A stretch of DNA of 62,025 nt from a virus (lineage: Duplodnaviria; Caudoviricetes), in IMG/VR virus record IMGVR_UViG_3300000101_000014, positions 1-62,025 of that record, one strand, 5' to 3'. The position numbers and the translations under genes are program-made. The first letter of the stretch is position 1, and each line of letters begins with the position of its first letter. Positions 19,653-28,164 of this stretch are shown piece by piece. A model generated the notes under the pieces. It worked only from the letters and a program-made list of their open reading frames with translations. It was not told where the DNA came from and searched no databases.

Positions 19653-20490
19653 CTATTTTATCCATTAATTGTTTCTTATAACGTCTTGCACGACCCTCTA
19701 GATGTTTTTCGTTCTCGGGTAGTCTATATAGGTAATCCCAAAAACAGTTGTCAGGGTCGTGTGGTTTGCTGAAATGAACACCCTGCGGTGAATGTACCTT
19801 TGCAATACTACTACCACCCAATGTGATAACAGGTTTACAAAAGTTACGAGCAATGTACTGCCACATCCCATCATAGAAGATGCAGAACTTAGAAGTACTT
19901 ATATGGTATATTGCCTCACGTACGGGCGTACGATAGGATAACTCAACGAGTTCGTATCCCTTGAGTTCAAGAAACATGATGATCCTTTCCCACTCTTTCA
20001 CAGAGAAAGTCATCTTCCATTTCTTACCACCCGAAGGTATCTCTCGATTGAAGGTTGGTCTCCAGAACACTACTTTGTTTCGAGAACGTTGGAATAACTC
20101 TTTACGGAATAACCAGTGGTGGAAGGTGAGTACCTTCTGTTGATCTCGTTTGTGACCAAAACCTCGCCACCGTAGTTTCTTTATCTCCTCATCCGTTGAG
20201 TTGAAGATATGATTCACAGTAACGTTATGTGCGTTATGGTACATACCCTCAAGAATGTGAGTACGTTCAATGATGGTTTCTGGGTCTTCATAATGGTAGA
20301 CATAGTCCTCATCATGCTCCCAGAAAACATTCATTTTAATCGGATGGTCGTACATCTTAGACAATGCGTGAGCTGCATTGAGACCATACAATATATCCCC
20401 GACACCAATTGTACCGCGCCAGTCTATCTCGTAATCCTCGTTGACCCTTATGGGTTGACCAGAGATAGGTTCACGATACACTTCGTTCAT
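19642..20490 (-). CDS. Putative GT-B glycosyltransferase (GT9-like)
   Basis: GVGDIL, YDGMWQYIA; context. Confidence 0.5.
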   Translation of the reverse strand: MNEVYREPISGQPIRVNEDYEIDWRGTIGVGDILYGLNAAHALSKMYDHPIKMNVFWEHDEDYVYHYEDPETIIERTHILEGMYHNAHNVTVNHIFNSTDEEIKKLRWRGFGHKRDQQKVLTFHHWLFRKELFQRSRNKVVFWRPTFNREIPSGGKKWKMTFSVKEWERIIMFLELKGYELVELSYRTPVREAIYHISTSKFCIFYDGMWQYIARNFCKPVITLGGSSIAKVHSPQGVHFSKPHDPDNCFWDYLYRLPENEKHLEGRARRYKKQLMDKIDDF

Positions 20491-20492
20491 AA

Positions 20493-20642
20493 CTACTTCA
20501 CTCTTACAGTTCCATCATCCCATGTATCTGCAACTACTCGCCGTGGTTTATCATGTTTTACCGCGACATTCATATTCTGATACTGTTTCTTGTGACGATC
20601 TTTCTTCTTGTTTCGGGGGTCAAAGCGGGTGTACTTCGCCAT
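20493..20642 (-). CDS. Small basic hypothetical protein
   Basis: Read manually: MAKYTRFDPRNKKKDRHKK... Confidence 0.55.
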   Translation of the reverse strand: MAKYTRFDPRNKKKDRHKKQYQNMNVAVKHDKPRRVVADTWDDGTVRVK

Positions 20643-20652
20643 GATTGAATCG

Positions 20653-21099
20653 TTAAACCTCTTCTAAAGTTACCATTAACCGTTCAGCTCTGTTAGTGAC
20701 CTGACGATGCCAAAGACTGTCTCGACCTTCTACTCCAGCACGTTTCCAATCGTTCTCTGCAATAGCGGCATTAAAGTTCTTGAACTTACTCAAACGAGTA
20801 CGTCCCATGTTAAACATCATATTGACAAGTACACCTTGTACTCCGTCTGGTAACGAATCAAAGTCGCCCTGTCCGTATAAAGCATGACACTCGCTGATTG
20901 CTGTATTGAGGTCGTTGTCAAAACATTCTGCAACTCTTTCTTCACTGATTGGGGTTCCGACAGGTTGTCCATGCTCGGGATCTGATTCGAGGACGAGATG
21001 CCCGACACCAAAGGTTGGATACCCAAGATGGTCGTTATAGATTGCATATTCTACTCCTTCGTCTACTTTTAATGTTTCGAAAACTTCTTGCCTATTCAC
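20653..21099 (-). CDS. T4-type lysozyme (GH24)
   Basis: DEG..YNDHLGYPTFGVGHL (E-x8-D-x5-T triad), NMMFNMG, SLWHRQVTNRA. Confidence 0.92.
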   Translation of the reverse strand: MNRQEVFETLKVDEGVEYAIYNDHLGYPTFGVGHLVLESDPEHGQPVGTPISEERVAECFDNDLNTAISECHALYGQGDFDSLPDGVQGVLVNMMFNMGRTRLSKFKNFNAAIAENDWKRAGVEGRDSLWHRQVTNRAERLMVTLEEV

Positions 21100-21101
21100 T
21101 T

Positions 21102-21344
21102 CTAATCTCCTTGGTAAATTGATTGTAATAGATCTTCAAACTGTTCTACTTTCGCCAGTCGGTTTGGCCAGAGGATATAATCTTTCTCTGGGTTCTTCTT
21201 GAGGTTGTTTAACAGTGGGGTCACTGCATTGAACAACTTGTCCAAACGGTCTTGTGTATCAGACACAGCCTCGCGTTCGGTGGTGACGACTTCTAGTTCG
21301 TCCTCCGTTACCGCAGTAAATCCGAAGTCAAATATATCGGACAT
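21102..21344 (-). CDS. Conserved hypothetical protein
   Basis: FDFGFTAV..., PLLNNLKKNPEKDYILWPNR; AGGAG SD. Confidence 0.7.
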   Translation of the reverse strand: MSDIFDFGFTAVTEDELEVVTTEREAVSDTQDRLDKLFNAVTPLLNNLKKNPEKDYILWPNRLAKVEQFEDLLQSIYQGD

Positions 21345-21365
21345 TGCGTTTCTCCTTTAATTGGT

Positions 21366-22058
21366 TCATGCGATTCCCATGTGTTCCTTTGTCATTATAT
21401 AGTCTCTTACTAGACCACTACGGACTATATCTTCCCAACAGAAGTTGACCGTTTCGAAGTGTTTCATTTGTTCCAGTATCTCTAGGAACGTACTGATACC
21501 CTTCTTATCTTTATCTGTCTTGAAGTCTGACTGTCTGCCATCGCCACAAAAGATAACTTTGCAGTTGTTCCCTATACGTGTAATCACAGAATCTAGTTCA
21601 TGAAAGTTTAAGTTTTGCATCTCATCAACTAACACAATCGTGTCGTCAAATGTGATACCTCTTATATAAGATGTCGATTCAAACTCTATGTATTTATTAT
21701 GAACTAACTTCTCATATGCACGATCATCCTCAAAAAGATCCGCAGCCACTGCACGGTAAGGGCCTGTAAACGCCTGTAGTTTCTCTTCGATTGTGCCAGG
21801 CAAGAACCCCACCTCTCGGGTAGGTACTGCTGACCGGATTATGTGTAACGATTGGTATGGAGTACCCTTATCAAGGATCTCCACCAGTGCAAAGTACATT
21901 GCAAGGAATGTTTTACCTGTACCCGCAGTACCGACCAACGCAAGATTATTACCTGATTTGTATGCATCAAATGCCTCTTGTTGTCTGATTGTTACTGGTT
22001 CAATAGTACGTAAATGATCCATGCGTATGTTCATGGATTCAGAATGTTGTCTTTTCAA
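21366..22058 (-). CDS. phoH: PhoH-family ATPase
   Basis: GTAGTGKT, GFLPG, RGITF, DEMQN, GDGRQSD, DIVRSG. Confidence 0.93.
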   Translation of the reverse strand: MKRQHSESMNIRMDHLRTIEPVTIRQQEAFDAYKSGNNLALVGTAGTGKTFLAMYFALVEILDKGTPYQSLHIIRSAVPTREVGFLPGTIEEKLQAFTGPYRAVAADLFEDDRAYEKLVHNKYIEFESTSYIRGITFDDTIVLVDEMQNLNFHELDSVITRIGNNCKVIFCGDGRQSDFKTDKDKKGISTFLEILEQMKHFETVNFCWEDIVRSGLVRDYIMTKEHMGIA

Positions 22059-22237
22059 AGTCCGATGAGTCCCCATCCGTGGTTTGCGATTGCGTTTAGT
22101 ATGATGAACAAACATGTTGCCATGTGAGTCAACCACCATACCGTTCGTATTACTGCAACACTGTCTGCCTGTTTATCGGTGGATCCGACCTTCTCCCCTA
22201 GAGACTTGGCCCAGATTCTCCACAATTTTCTTCCCAT
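22055..22237 (-). CDS. Small membrane protein
   Basis: WRIWAKSLG...IRT + TM helix. Confidence 0.6.
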   Translation of the reverse strand: MGRKLWRIWAKSLGEKVGSTDKQADSVAVIRTVWWLTHMATCLFIILNAIANHGWGLIGL

Positions 22238-22404
22238 TACCACCCTCTGACAATGTTGAACATTATTAGATACGCACACAAAAGATTAGACAATACAATG
22301 AATGTCCTTATATAAGATATTAGGTTTTCGTTGCCAGGGTCATACCCATCTTCTTCATCAAACGAACCTAATGCGTGCTTCCAGATTTTCCACCAGTTAG
22401 TCAT
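22237..22404 (-). CDS. Small membrane protein (paralog of neighbour)
   Basis: WKIWKHALG...IRT + TM helix. Confidence 0.6.
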   Translation of the reverse strand: MTNWWKIWKHALGSFDEEDGYDPGNENLISYIRTFIVLSNLLCAYLIMFNIVRGW

Positions 22405-22636
22405 GGATACTGTTTTTGACGTACCTAGATTGGTTCGATTTGATTTGTTTGAGTTTGTCCTTCCAATCACCGCTGGTCTTACTGAGTACAGATCCTACTC
22501 CAGTAACCATTTTCGGTGCGGAATTGATTTGATTAGCCCATTCTCCGGACTCGACCATCTCGGTCATTTTTGATATGGAGATAATCATTTCCGTGACTTC
22601 CCCAGTCTTGATATTTTGCATGTCGTACGTTGGCAT
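22397..22636 (-). CDS. FmdB-like small protein
   Basis: MPTYD...TGE N-terminus. Confidence 0.6.
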   Translation of the reverse strand: MPTYDMQNIKTGEVTEMIISISKMTEMVESGEWANQINSAPKMVTGVGSVLSKTSGDWKDKLKQIKSNQSRYVKNSIHD

Positions 22637-22654
22637 AATATTGTTGTCCAGTAA

Positions 22655-22697
22655 GATGAAATGGGCCCCAATTAAGGAGCCCGTTCCAGATACTGGA
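22655..22697 (-). terminator. Tandem hairpins, possible terminator or processing site
   Basis: TCCAG-TAT-CTGGA then GGGCTCC-TTAATT-GGGGCCC, weak U-tract. Confidence 0.45.
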
Positions 22698-22871
22698 TCA
22701 CCCCCTTAGTCGAAGTTCAGCCTGATTGATTGCAGTCTCTAAAAACGTTTGACGTTTAGCGACTTTATACGCAATGTCTGCTTTGCCCTTCTTATTTAGT
22801 TTATGAATGTAATGTCCCAACTCTCGCGAGTCTTTCCTAAGTCTTTCTAGCTGATTAGTGTTTCCAACCAT
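22698..22871 (-). CDS. Small hypothetical protein
   Basis: Read manually: MVGNTNQLERLRKDSRELGHYIHK...; AGGAGAGAG SD. Confidence 0.6.
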   Translation of the reverse strand: MVGNTNQLERLRKDSRELGHYIHKLNKKGKADIAYKVAKRQTFLETAINQAELRLRG

Positions 22872-22902
22872 ACTCTCTCCTTACTTGAATTAATGGGGGA
22901 TG

Positions 22903-23340
22903 TTATTCATGAAGTAGATCTGGAAATGCCTCCGTTACCAGTTTTTTAGTGATGCCTTTCATAGGCGGTTGCTTGTTAATCATAGTGACGATCAATTCTG
23001 CATCGCGAGGATGTACTGTCTCAACCATATCAAGGAACAATTTTTCTCTTTTGACTGACGATAATCTCTCGGACTCCATAAGCCCTTTCACGAAGTATTT
23101 GAACTTCATGTGTTCTCTTAATAGGGTTGTAGGAGGAGATTCCTCGGACGAGGGATTATACGGTACCGTTCCAGTGGGTAGGTTCCACTGAATGACATTG
23201 TCAAAGGTACCTCGTAACACGTCTCTTAACGCATTACTCTGTTCTTTTTGTAGTATAGATACTTTATCTTTTCTACTTTTAGCTTTAGTTACTTTATCTA
23301 ACGTTTCGTACACTTGGTACTTGATAGCTGTTATTGCCAT
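22903..23340 (-). CDS. Conserved T4-like hypothetical protein
   Basis: WNLPTG.VPY, KREKLFLDMVETVHP. Confidence 0.7.
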   Translation of the reverse strand: MAITAIKYQVYETLDKVTKAKSRKDKVSILQKEQSNALRDVLRGTFDNVIQWNLPTGTVPYNPSSEESPPTTLLREHMKFKYFVKGLMESERLSSVKREKLFLDMVETVHPRDAELIVTMINKQPPMKGITKKLVTEAFPDLLHE

Positions 23341-23372
23341 AATCTTATTAATCCTAAAAGGTGTTGAAGCTC

Positions 23373-23401
23373 ATTATACAGTTATATAGTTGCCTTGTCA
23401 A
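23373..23401 (-). promoter_or_regulatory. Consensus sigma70 promoter
   Basis: TTGACA-N17-TATAAT. Confidence 0.75.
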
Positions 23402-23404
23402 GCA

Positions 23405-24079
23405 TTATCTTGTCTTGCGTTTCTTCTGTTGTTCTATCCACTTCTTCGCTTTCTTACCGACTGGTTTGTTAGTGAACTTAGTCGCGTCACGATACGCAGT
23501 CAGTGTCTCTTTCTGGTAGTTCTTACCCTCAGAGTTATCGACAACTAAGAAGTTAGGTTTACCGAACATACGTTGGAACTTACCAATGTTACGTTGTACT
23601 GCTTTCCAGTACTCAGTGACACCCTTCGCACCCAGAGTACGTGCTCGCATTGCGTCACGTTTGATTGCAGTGTCAAGGTCGGTGTTTACGAAAATCATTG
23701 CGACATCGTAACCCAGTGCTTTCACTTTCTTTGCCTGTTCTGCAATCTTGTCTGGATCCTTACCAGTACCATCTACCACAAGACCGAGTCGACCTTTTAG
23801 ATATATGGCTTCTTTCGTACCAGTGAGTCTCTTTGCCTTACCGCGAAGTTCTTGTCCCTTTGGTGAGAAGATGTTGTCTGGATTCATTTCCATACCAGCT
23901 TTCTTCATGGCATTTTCGAATGCATCATCAGAGTTAACAACTTTATAACCTAATGATTGTAATCCTGTCTTACCGACAATGAACGACTTACCAGACCCTG
24001 GCCCACCCGCGAGAAAGATTGCTTTGAATATTGCGGGGTCGTTGACACCCTCTTCGAGGAACTGATTGAAAGTTAACAC
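23405..24079 (-). CDS. P-loop kinase (AAA_33/zeta-like) with capsid-targeting-like N-terminus
   Basis: LAGGPGSGKS, VNSDD, VVDGTG; N-term MLTFNQFLEE. Confidence 0.75.
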   Translation of the reverse strand: MLTFNQFLEEGVNDPAIFKAIFLAGGPGSGKSFIVGKTGLQSLGYKVVNSDDAFENAMKKAGMEMNPDNIFSPKGQELRGKAKRLTGTKEAIYLKGRLGLVVDGTGKDPDKIAEQAKKVKALGYDVAMIFVNTDLDTAIKRDAMRARTLGAKGVTEYWKAVQRNIGKFQRMFGKPNFLVVDNSEGKNYQKETLTAYRDATKFTNKPVGKKAKKWIEQQKKRKTR

Positions 24080-24106
24080 TGATACACCCTTATTGTAGTA
24101 TGATAT

Positions 24107-24114
24107 TATTTATA
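24107..24114 (-). promoter_or_regulatory. T4-type late promoter
   Basis: TATAAATA upstream of 24079. Confidence 0.7.
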
Positions 24115-25897
24115 AAACTTCTGCACTGAAGTAACAAAGTTTTCCGTTGTTATATACAACTAATCCATCTAACGCAGTTTCTTCTAGTACTTGAAATGCT
24201 TCCTTTAATGTATTTAGTATTGGTTTACCCTTAACATTGAAGGATGTGTTGAGTAATACCCCGCCAGAGGCGCCCAGAAGGTCGTAGAGGAACGCATTTG
24301 ACTTTCTGGTAACTGACTGCACCCTTGCCGAACCATCTACATGTGTCACAGCTGCAAGTTGTTCTTTATACTCTTCACGCACTTTAACACTGAAGTTCAT
24401 ATATTCTAGGTTATCATATGACCCTGCATCAAAGTATATATGTGCGTCTTCCTGTCGTACCATAGGCGCAAACGGTCTGTAGGACTCTCTACGTTTGACT
24501 AGGTTGACCTTATCCTTCTTATCCGCACCCTTGGGGTCACAGATGATTGATCGATTACCTAACGCACGAGGGCCAACCTCTGCATTACCCTGCACCAGAC
24601 CAAGGATCTTGTCCTCCTTCAAAAGACCTACTAACTGGTCTATTGAGATGATTGCAGAACTAAACTTGTTTCGATAACTAAACATCTCATGCATGTCTGA
24701 TATTGGTAGACCTGCATAACGAATGTCCGCACCAATGAAATCTATTCTGTTATGTATTGACATATATGTACATATCATACCAAAGGGCAGTCCACTATCG
24801 GTGACATCTGGTGGTACGAATACCTCCAGACCCAACTCTTCCTGTATACGAGTATTGGTAAGGATGTTTAAGGCACAACCGCCAGAAAGAACCAGACGTT
24901 TGCCATTACGACAGATCTTATCCCACACCTCTGGTTCTTGTAAATATTGTAGAACGTTCTCTTCGTGTTGGTGTTGAATACCCGCAGCAATGTCACACTC
25001 TTCTTCCCATGTGGACTGAAAAGGACTGACAAACAAGTTATAATGATTAACCTCTTCTGGGGTTTCGTTCTGATTCTCAGCTATCCATTCTTTGCCGTCT
25101 ACATTTTTCTTACCGGTACGCATGACACCGTCTGACGCCATATCAGATGATGATAAGTTGTACACACTTCGATACCAGATCCATGCTGGGTTGACCATAT
25201 TGGTTGTTTCTTCATCTTCATTAATCAAACCTCTACCTAGGAATGCATGGTAACTATCACGATTTCCATACGCAGACATTCCCATGACTTTACCTGCCAT
25301 GTCTAGAGTTGAATCCGTCTTACTGACCATGTTTTGACAACCTAGTCCAGCGGCTAAGTTATAGTTGCGACCAAAGTAATATGGCCACGGTTGGGGTGCT
25401 TCGTCCCTATCGTAGTTACCGCATTTCATGGGCGTGAGAACCCAAGGTTGACAATCCCACATATGGGTGTGACCATCATCTCCACCTGCATCAAAGGTAA
25501 ACGCAGTACAGGACTTTCCTACCCAAGGGGACTGTGCATATGCACCCCACGCATGAGCGCGATGGTGGCGTTTGTGCCACTCGATCTTACGTACGTTGAA
25601 GATACTTTGGACGATTTCGGGGTCAAGTGAAAGATTGTCATCACCCCACTCATCCTCATGTCCAGCGAAGGAACCGATTATGAATGCATCATAGTCGTTC
25701 TTGATACCCAAGGTCTTTTCAGAGATCTCTAAAACAGTCTCTAGTATCTCTCTTTCTTCTTCTTTTCTTGCATGTCCCCTATAGTGTTTTATTCCTGTTA
25801 ACTTTTCAATCTCTATGACGTGAAATGTTTTTGTTTGGTCGTTGTACAAACATATTGAAGAATCGTGTCCCCAATAAGCAGCGGCCAAGTTAGCCAT
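24110..25897 (-). CDS. Carbamoyltransferase (NodU/CmcH family)
   Basis: HDSS, HHRAHA, DAGGD, GKVMGMSAYG, SGGCALN, GPRALGNRS, RPFAP, HVDGSAR, LNTSFN. Confidence 0.92.
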   Translation of the reverse strand: MANLAAAYWGHDSSICLYNDQTKTFHVIEIEKLTGIKHYRGHARKEEEREILETVLEISEKTLGIKNDYDAFIIGSFAGHEDEWGDDNLSLDPEIVQSIFNVRKIEWHKRHHRAHAWGAYAQSPWVGKSCTAFTFDAGGDDGHTHMWDCQPWVLTPMKCGNYDRDEAPQPWPYYFGRNYNLAAGLGCQNMVSKTDSTLDMAGKVMGMSAYGNRDSYHAFLGRGLINEDEETTNMVNPAWIWYRSVYNLSSSDMASDGVMRTGKKNVDGKEWIAENQNETPEEVNHYNLFVSPFQSTWEEECDIAAGIQHQHEENVLQYLQEPEVWDKICRNGKRLVLSGGCALNILTNTRIQEELGLEVFVPPDVTDSGLPFGMICTYMSIHNRIDFIGADIRYAGLPISDMHEMFSYRNKFSSAIISIDQLVGLLKEDKILGLVQGNAEVGPRALGNRSIICDPKGADKKDKVNLVKRRESYRPFAPMVRQEDAHIYFDAGSYDNLEYMNFSVKVREEYKEQLAAVTHVDGSARVQSVTRKSNAFLYDLLGASGGVLLNTSFNVKGKPILNTLKEAFQVLEETALDGLVVYNNGKLCYFSAEVL

Positions 25898-26339
25898 CAG
25901 GTTCTCCTAGATGTTTTGCATGGATTTTACATCCTATAAAGGAATTGTAATAATCATCACTCAACAAGACATCTTTCTCGAACTGAATCTTTGCTTCGTA
26001 ATAAGAACAATCTCCCTTCGTCTTACACAGACGTAGGATCTCTCGATGATATTTGTCGCCACCATGATGTTCTACTAGTGTCTTCAATGCATCATTACTA
26101 CCATAGTACTCACGCCAGTCAGACTGTTTGGTAACCTTACGTTTCCGTTTGGTTCCTTTGAGAGGGGGTAATCTGCGAGTAGACCAGAAGAACTTCTTCC
26201 CGATATATTTCTTACCATCAGGATCAGTGATACAATAGACAAACCCGACAAAGTCTTTTAGAAAGTCTTCATCGGGTTCAAAGGGCAGGTTTTCAAATAA
26301 CCAATTAATCTTCCCACTCCTCCTGAGAAGGTGTACCAC
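25890..26339 (-). CDS. GIY-YIG-like endonuclease (start uncertain)
   Basis: GFVYCIT...KYIGKK, YYGS, YEAKIQF, YYN. Confidence 0.7.
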   Translation of the reverse strand: MVHLLRRSGKINWLFENLPFEPDEDFLKDFVGFVYCITDPDGKKYIGKKFFWSTRRLPPLKGTKRKRKVTKQSDWREYYGSNDALKTLVEHHGGDKYHREILRLCKTKGDCSYYEAKIQFEKDVLLSDDYYNSFIGCKIHAKHLGEPDG

Positions 26340-26436
26340 ACATAGGACAGTGGGTAGGCTTCTCTTCGGAGTTTTTAACTATTAGTGTGGTGGAGGCATC
26401 ACAGACCCCACACACCATTTCGTATTCGTATTCCAT
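26305..26436 (-). CDS. Small Zn-ribbon protein
   Basis: Read manually: MEYEYEMVCGVC...HCPMCG. Confidence 0.6.
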   Translation of the reverse strand: MEYEYEMVCGVCDASTTLIVKNSEEKPTHCPMCGTPSQEEWED

Positions 26437-26446
26437 ATGTACATCC

Positions 26447-27409
26447 TCATGCGGTAGCGACCTCGTTCCAACCCCAGTCGCCTTCCATTCCGTTGACCGA
26501 GTATTCAGTCACCCTTTTCTCAAAGAAGTTGTCATGTGACGCACCGTTCAACACCCAATCCAACCAAGGTAATGGGTTATCCTTCTGACGGAACTTAGGT
26601 TTCAATCCCAACTGAAGTAAACGTCTGTCAGCGATATGACGAATGTACTTTCGTACTTCTTCTTTGGTGAGACCCTGAACGTCATTACCCTTAAATGCGA
26701 GTGCAATGAACTTATCCTCAAGATCTACTGCTTGTTTTGCCATAGTATATATCTTAGACTTTAACTCGTCATTTACGATACGTGGATGTTCGTCACAGAA
26801 CTCACGGAATAGTTTTGCATTACCTTGCACGTGAATAGTCTCATCGCGAATAGACCACTCAACAATTGTACCCATACCTTTCATCTTACCGAAACGTTGG
26901 AAGTTCAACAACATTACGAACGATGCAAACAATGACATACCCTCGTTAAATACTGACTGTGCAAGAGATAATGCCAGTCCAGTCTGAGTACTACTGTCTC
27001 CATCCTTCATGAAGTCGATCTTATCCGCCATCTCTTTGTACTCAAGAAACGCATGATACTCCTCATCTGCAAGACCCAGTGTATCATTCAACAATGCATA
27101 TGCACGTTGGTGTACACCCTCACGGTTCGCAAACGAAGATAACATGTTACGTACTTCATTATTCTTAAACTTAGGTATCAAGAGTTCATGATAATTCTCT
27201 CCTACCTGTACATCTGATTGGGTAAATAACCGAAGAACCTGAGTAACAAACTCTTTCTCTTCTTCTGTCAATTTAGTTTTCCAATCTTGAACGTCTTCAC
27301 TGAGTTCTGCTTCATCTTCTACCCAGTGTACCTCTTCGTGTTTCTTTGTCAGTTCAACTGCCCAAGGATACATGAAAGGTTTGTACGTTTTACTAAACTC
27401 TAGTAACAT
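26447..27409 (-). CDS. nrdB: Ribonucleotide reductase class Ia beta subunit
   Basis: EGVHQRAY, EGMSLFASF, RDETIH, NFFE. Confidence 0.95.
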   Translation of the reverse strand: MLLEFSKTYKPFMYPWAVELTKKHEEVHWVEDEAELSEDVQDWKTKLTEEEKEFVTQVLRLFTQSDVQVGENYHELLIPKFKNNEVRNMLSSFANREGVHQRAYALLNDTLGLADEEYHAFLEYKEMADKIDFMKDGDSSTQTGLALSLAQSVFNEGMSLFASFVMLLNFQRFGKMKGMGTIVEWSIRDETIHVQGNAKLFREFCDEHPRIVNDELKSKIYTMAKQAVDLEDKFIALAFKGNDVQGLTKEEVRKYIRHIADRRLLQLGLKPKFRQKDNPLPWLDWVLNGASHDNFFEKRVTEYSVNGMEGDWGWNEVATA

Positions 27410-27423
27410 CTATTCTGCCTCTA

Positions 27424-28164
27424 TTAATTGATTGTAGTTCCATAGGTATATCCGTATTCTTTTGGACTCCATATGAAGTCCGAACCGATTGTACGTTGAT
27501 ATTCGTAATCCAGATCTTCCAATAGACAGATTATATCCACACATTTTTTGGTTGATTCTGGATCATCGGCGTTTATTTCCGTAGTGATGACAGGACGCCA
27601 CCGTTTTATTGTTTCCACTGCACCCCTGAGTACTTCAAGTTCGAGACCCTCAACATCTATCTTGATGAAGTCAACGTTCTCAAACTCAAATGAGTCCAAC
27701 GCTCTAACCTGACATTTAAGGATTGTTTCGTACTTACCAAGACCAGCATAAATGTCTAAGTTTCTATAATGAGAAGAATGTCCTGTCCAGCTGGGGGTGA
27801 AGTAAATATCCACCTCACCCTCTTTTTCTCCTAATCCATAGGGGAAGACTTCAACGTTATTATTTTCAAAACGATTAACGTTTTCAATAAGACAATCTCT
27901 GACCGGTGATACGACCTCAAACGACTTAACTTCATCGTATCTCTCACTCATAAACTCACTCACAAAACCATAACATGCACCAACATCAATGGCAACCCTT
28001 TTCTTCGTTTCATTGCCCTTGAGGAATCTATTTAGTTTTCTAAGATAGTTACTGTCCCAACTGGATCTGCCGTAAACGAAGTCGAGTATAGATCCTGACT
28101 TTTCTTCATTCAGTATCGTCCATCCGCGTACTTTCTTTTTACCACCGAAGTAATTATCCTTCAC
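27424..28164 (-). CDS. FkbM-family SAM methyltransferase
   Basis: AIDVGACYG, DFIKIDVEGLE. Confidence 0.85.
   Translation of the reverse strand: MKDNYFGGKKKVRGWTILNEEKSGSILDFVYGRSSWDSNYLRKLNRFLKGNETKKRVAIDVGACYGFVSEFMSERYDEVKSFEVVSPVRDCLIENVNRFENNNVEVFPYGLGEKEGEVDIYFTPSWTGHSSHYRNLDIYAGLGKYETILKCQVRALDSFEFENVDFIKIDVEGLELEVLRGAVETIKRWRPVITTEINADDPESTKKCVDIICLLEDLDYEYQRTIGSDFIWSPKEYGYTYGTTIN

Noticed and set aside
23405-24079. Epsilon-zeta toxin-antitoxin system
   Set aside because: No antitoxin candidate; late promoter and CTS-like leader fit better
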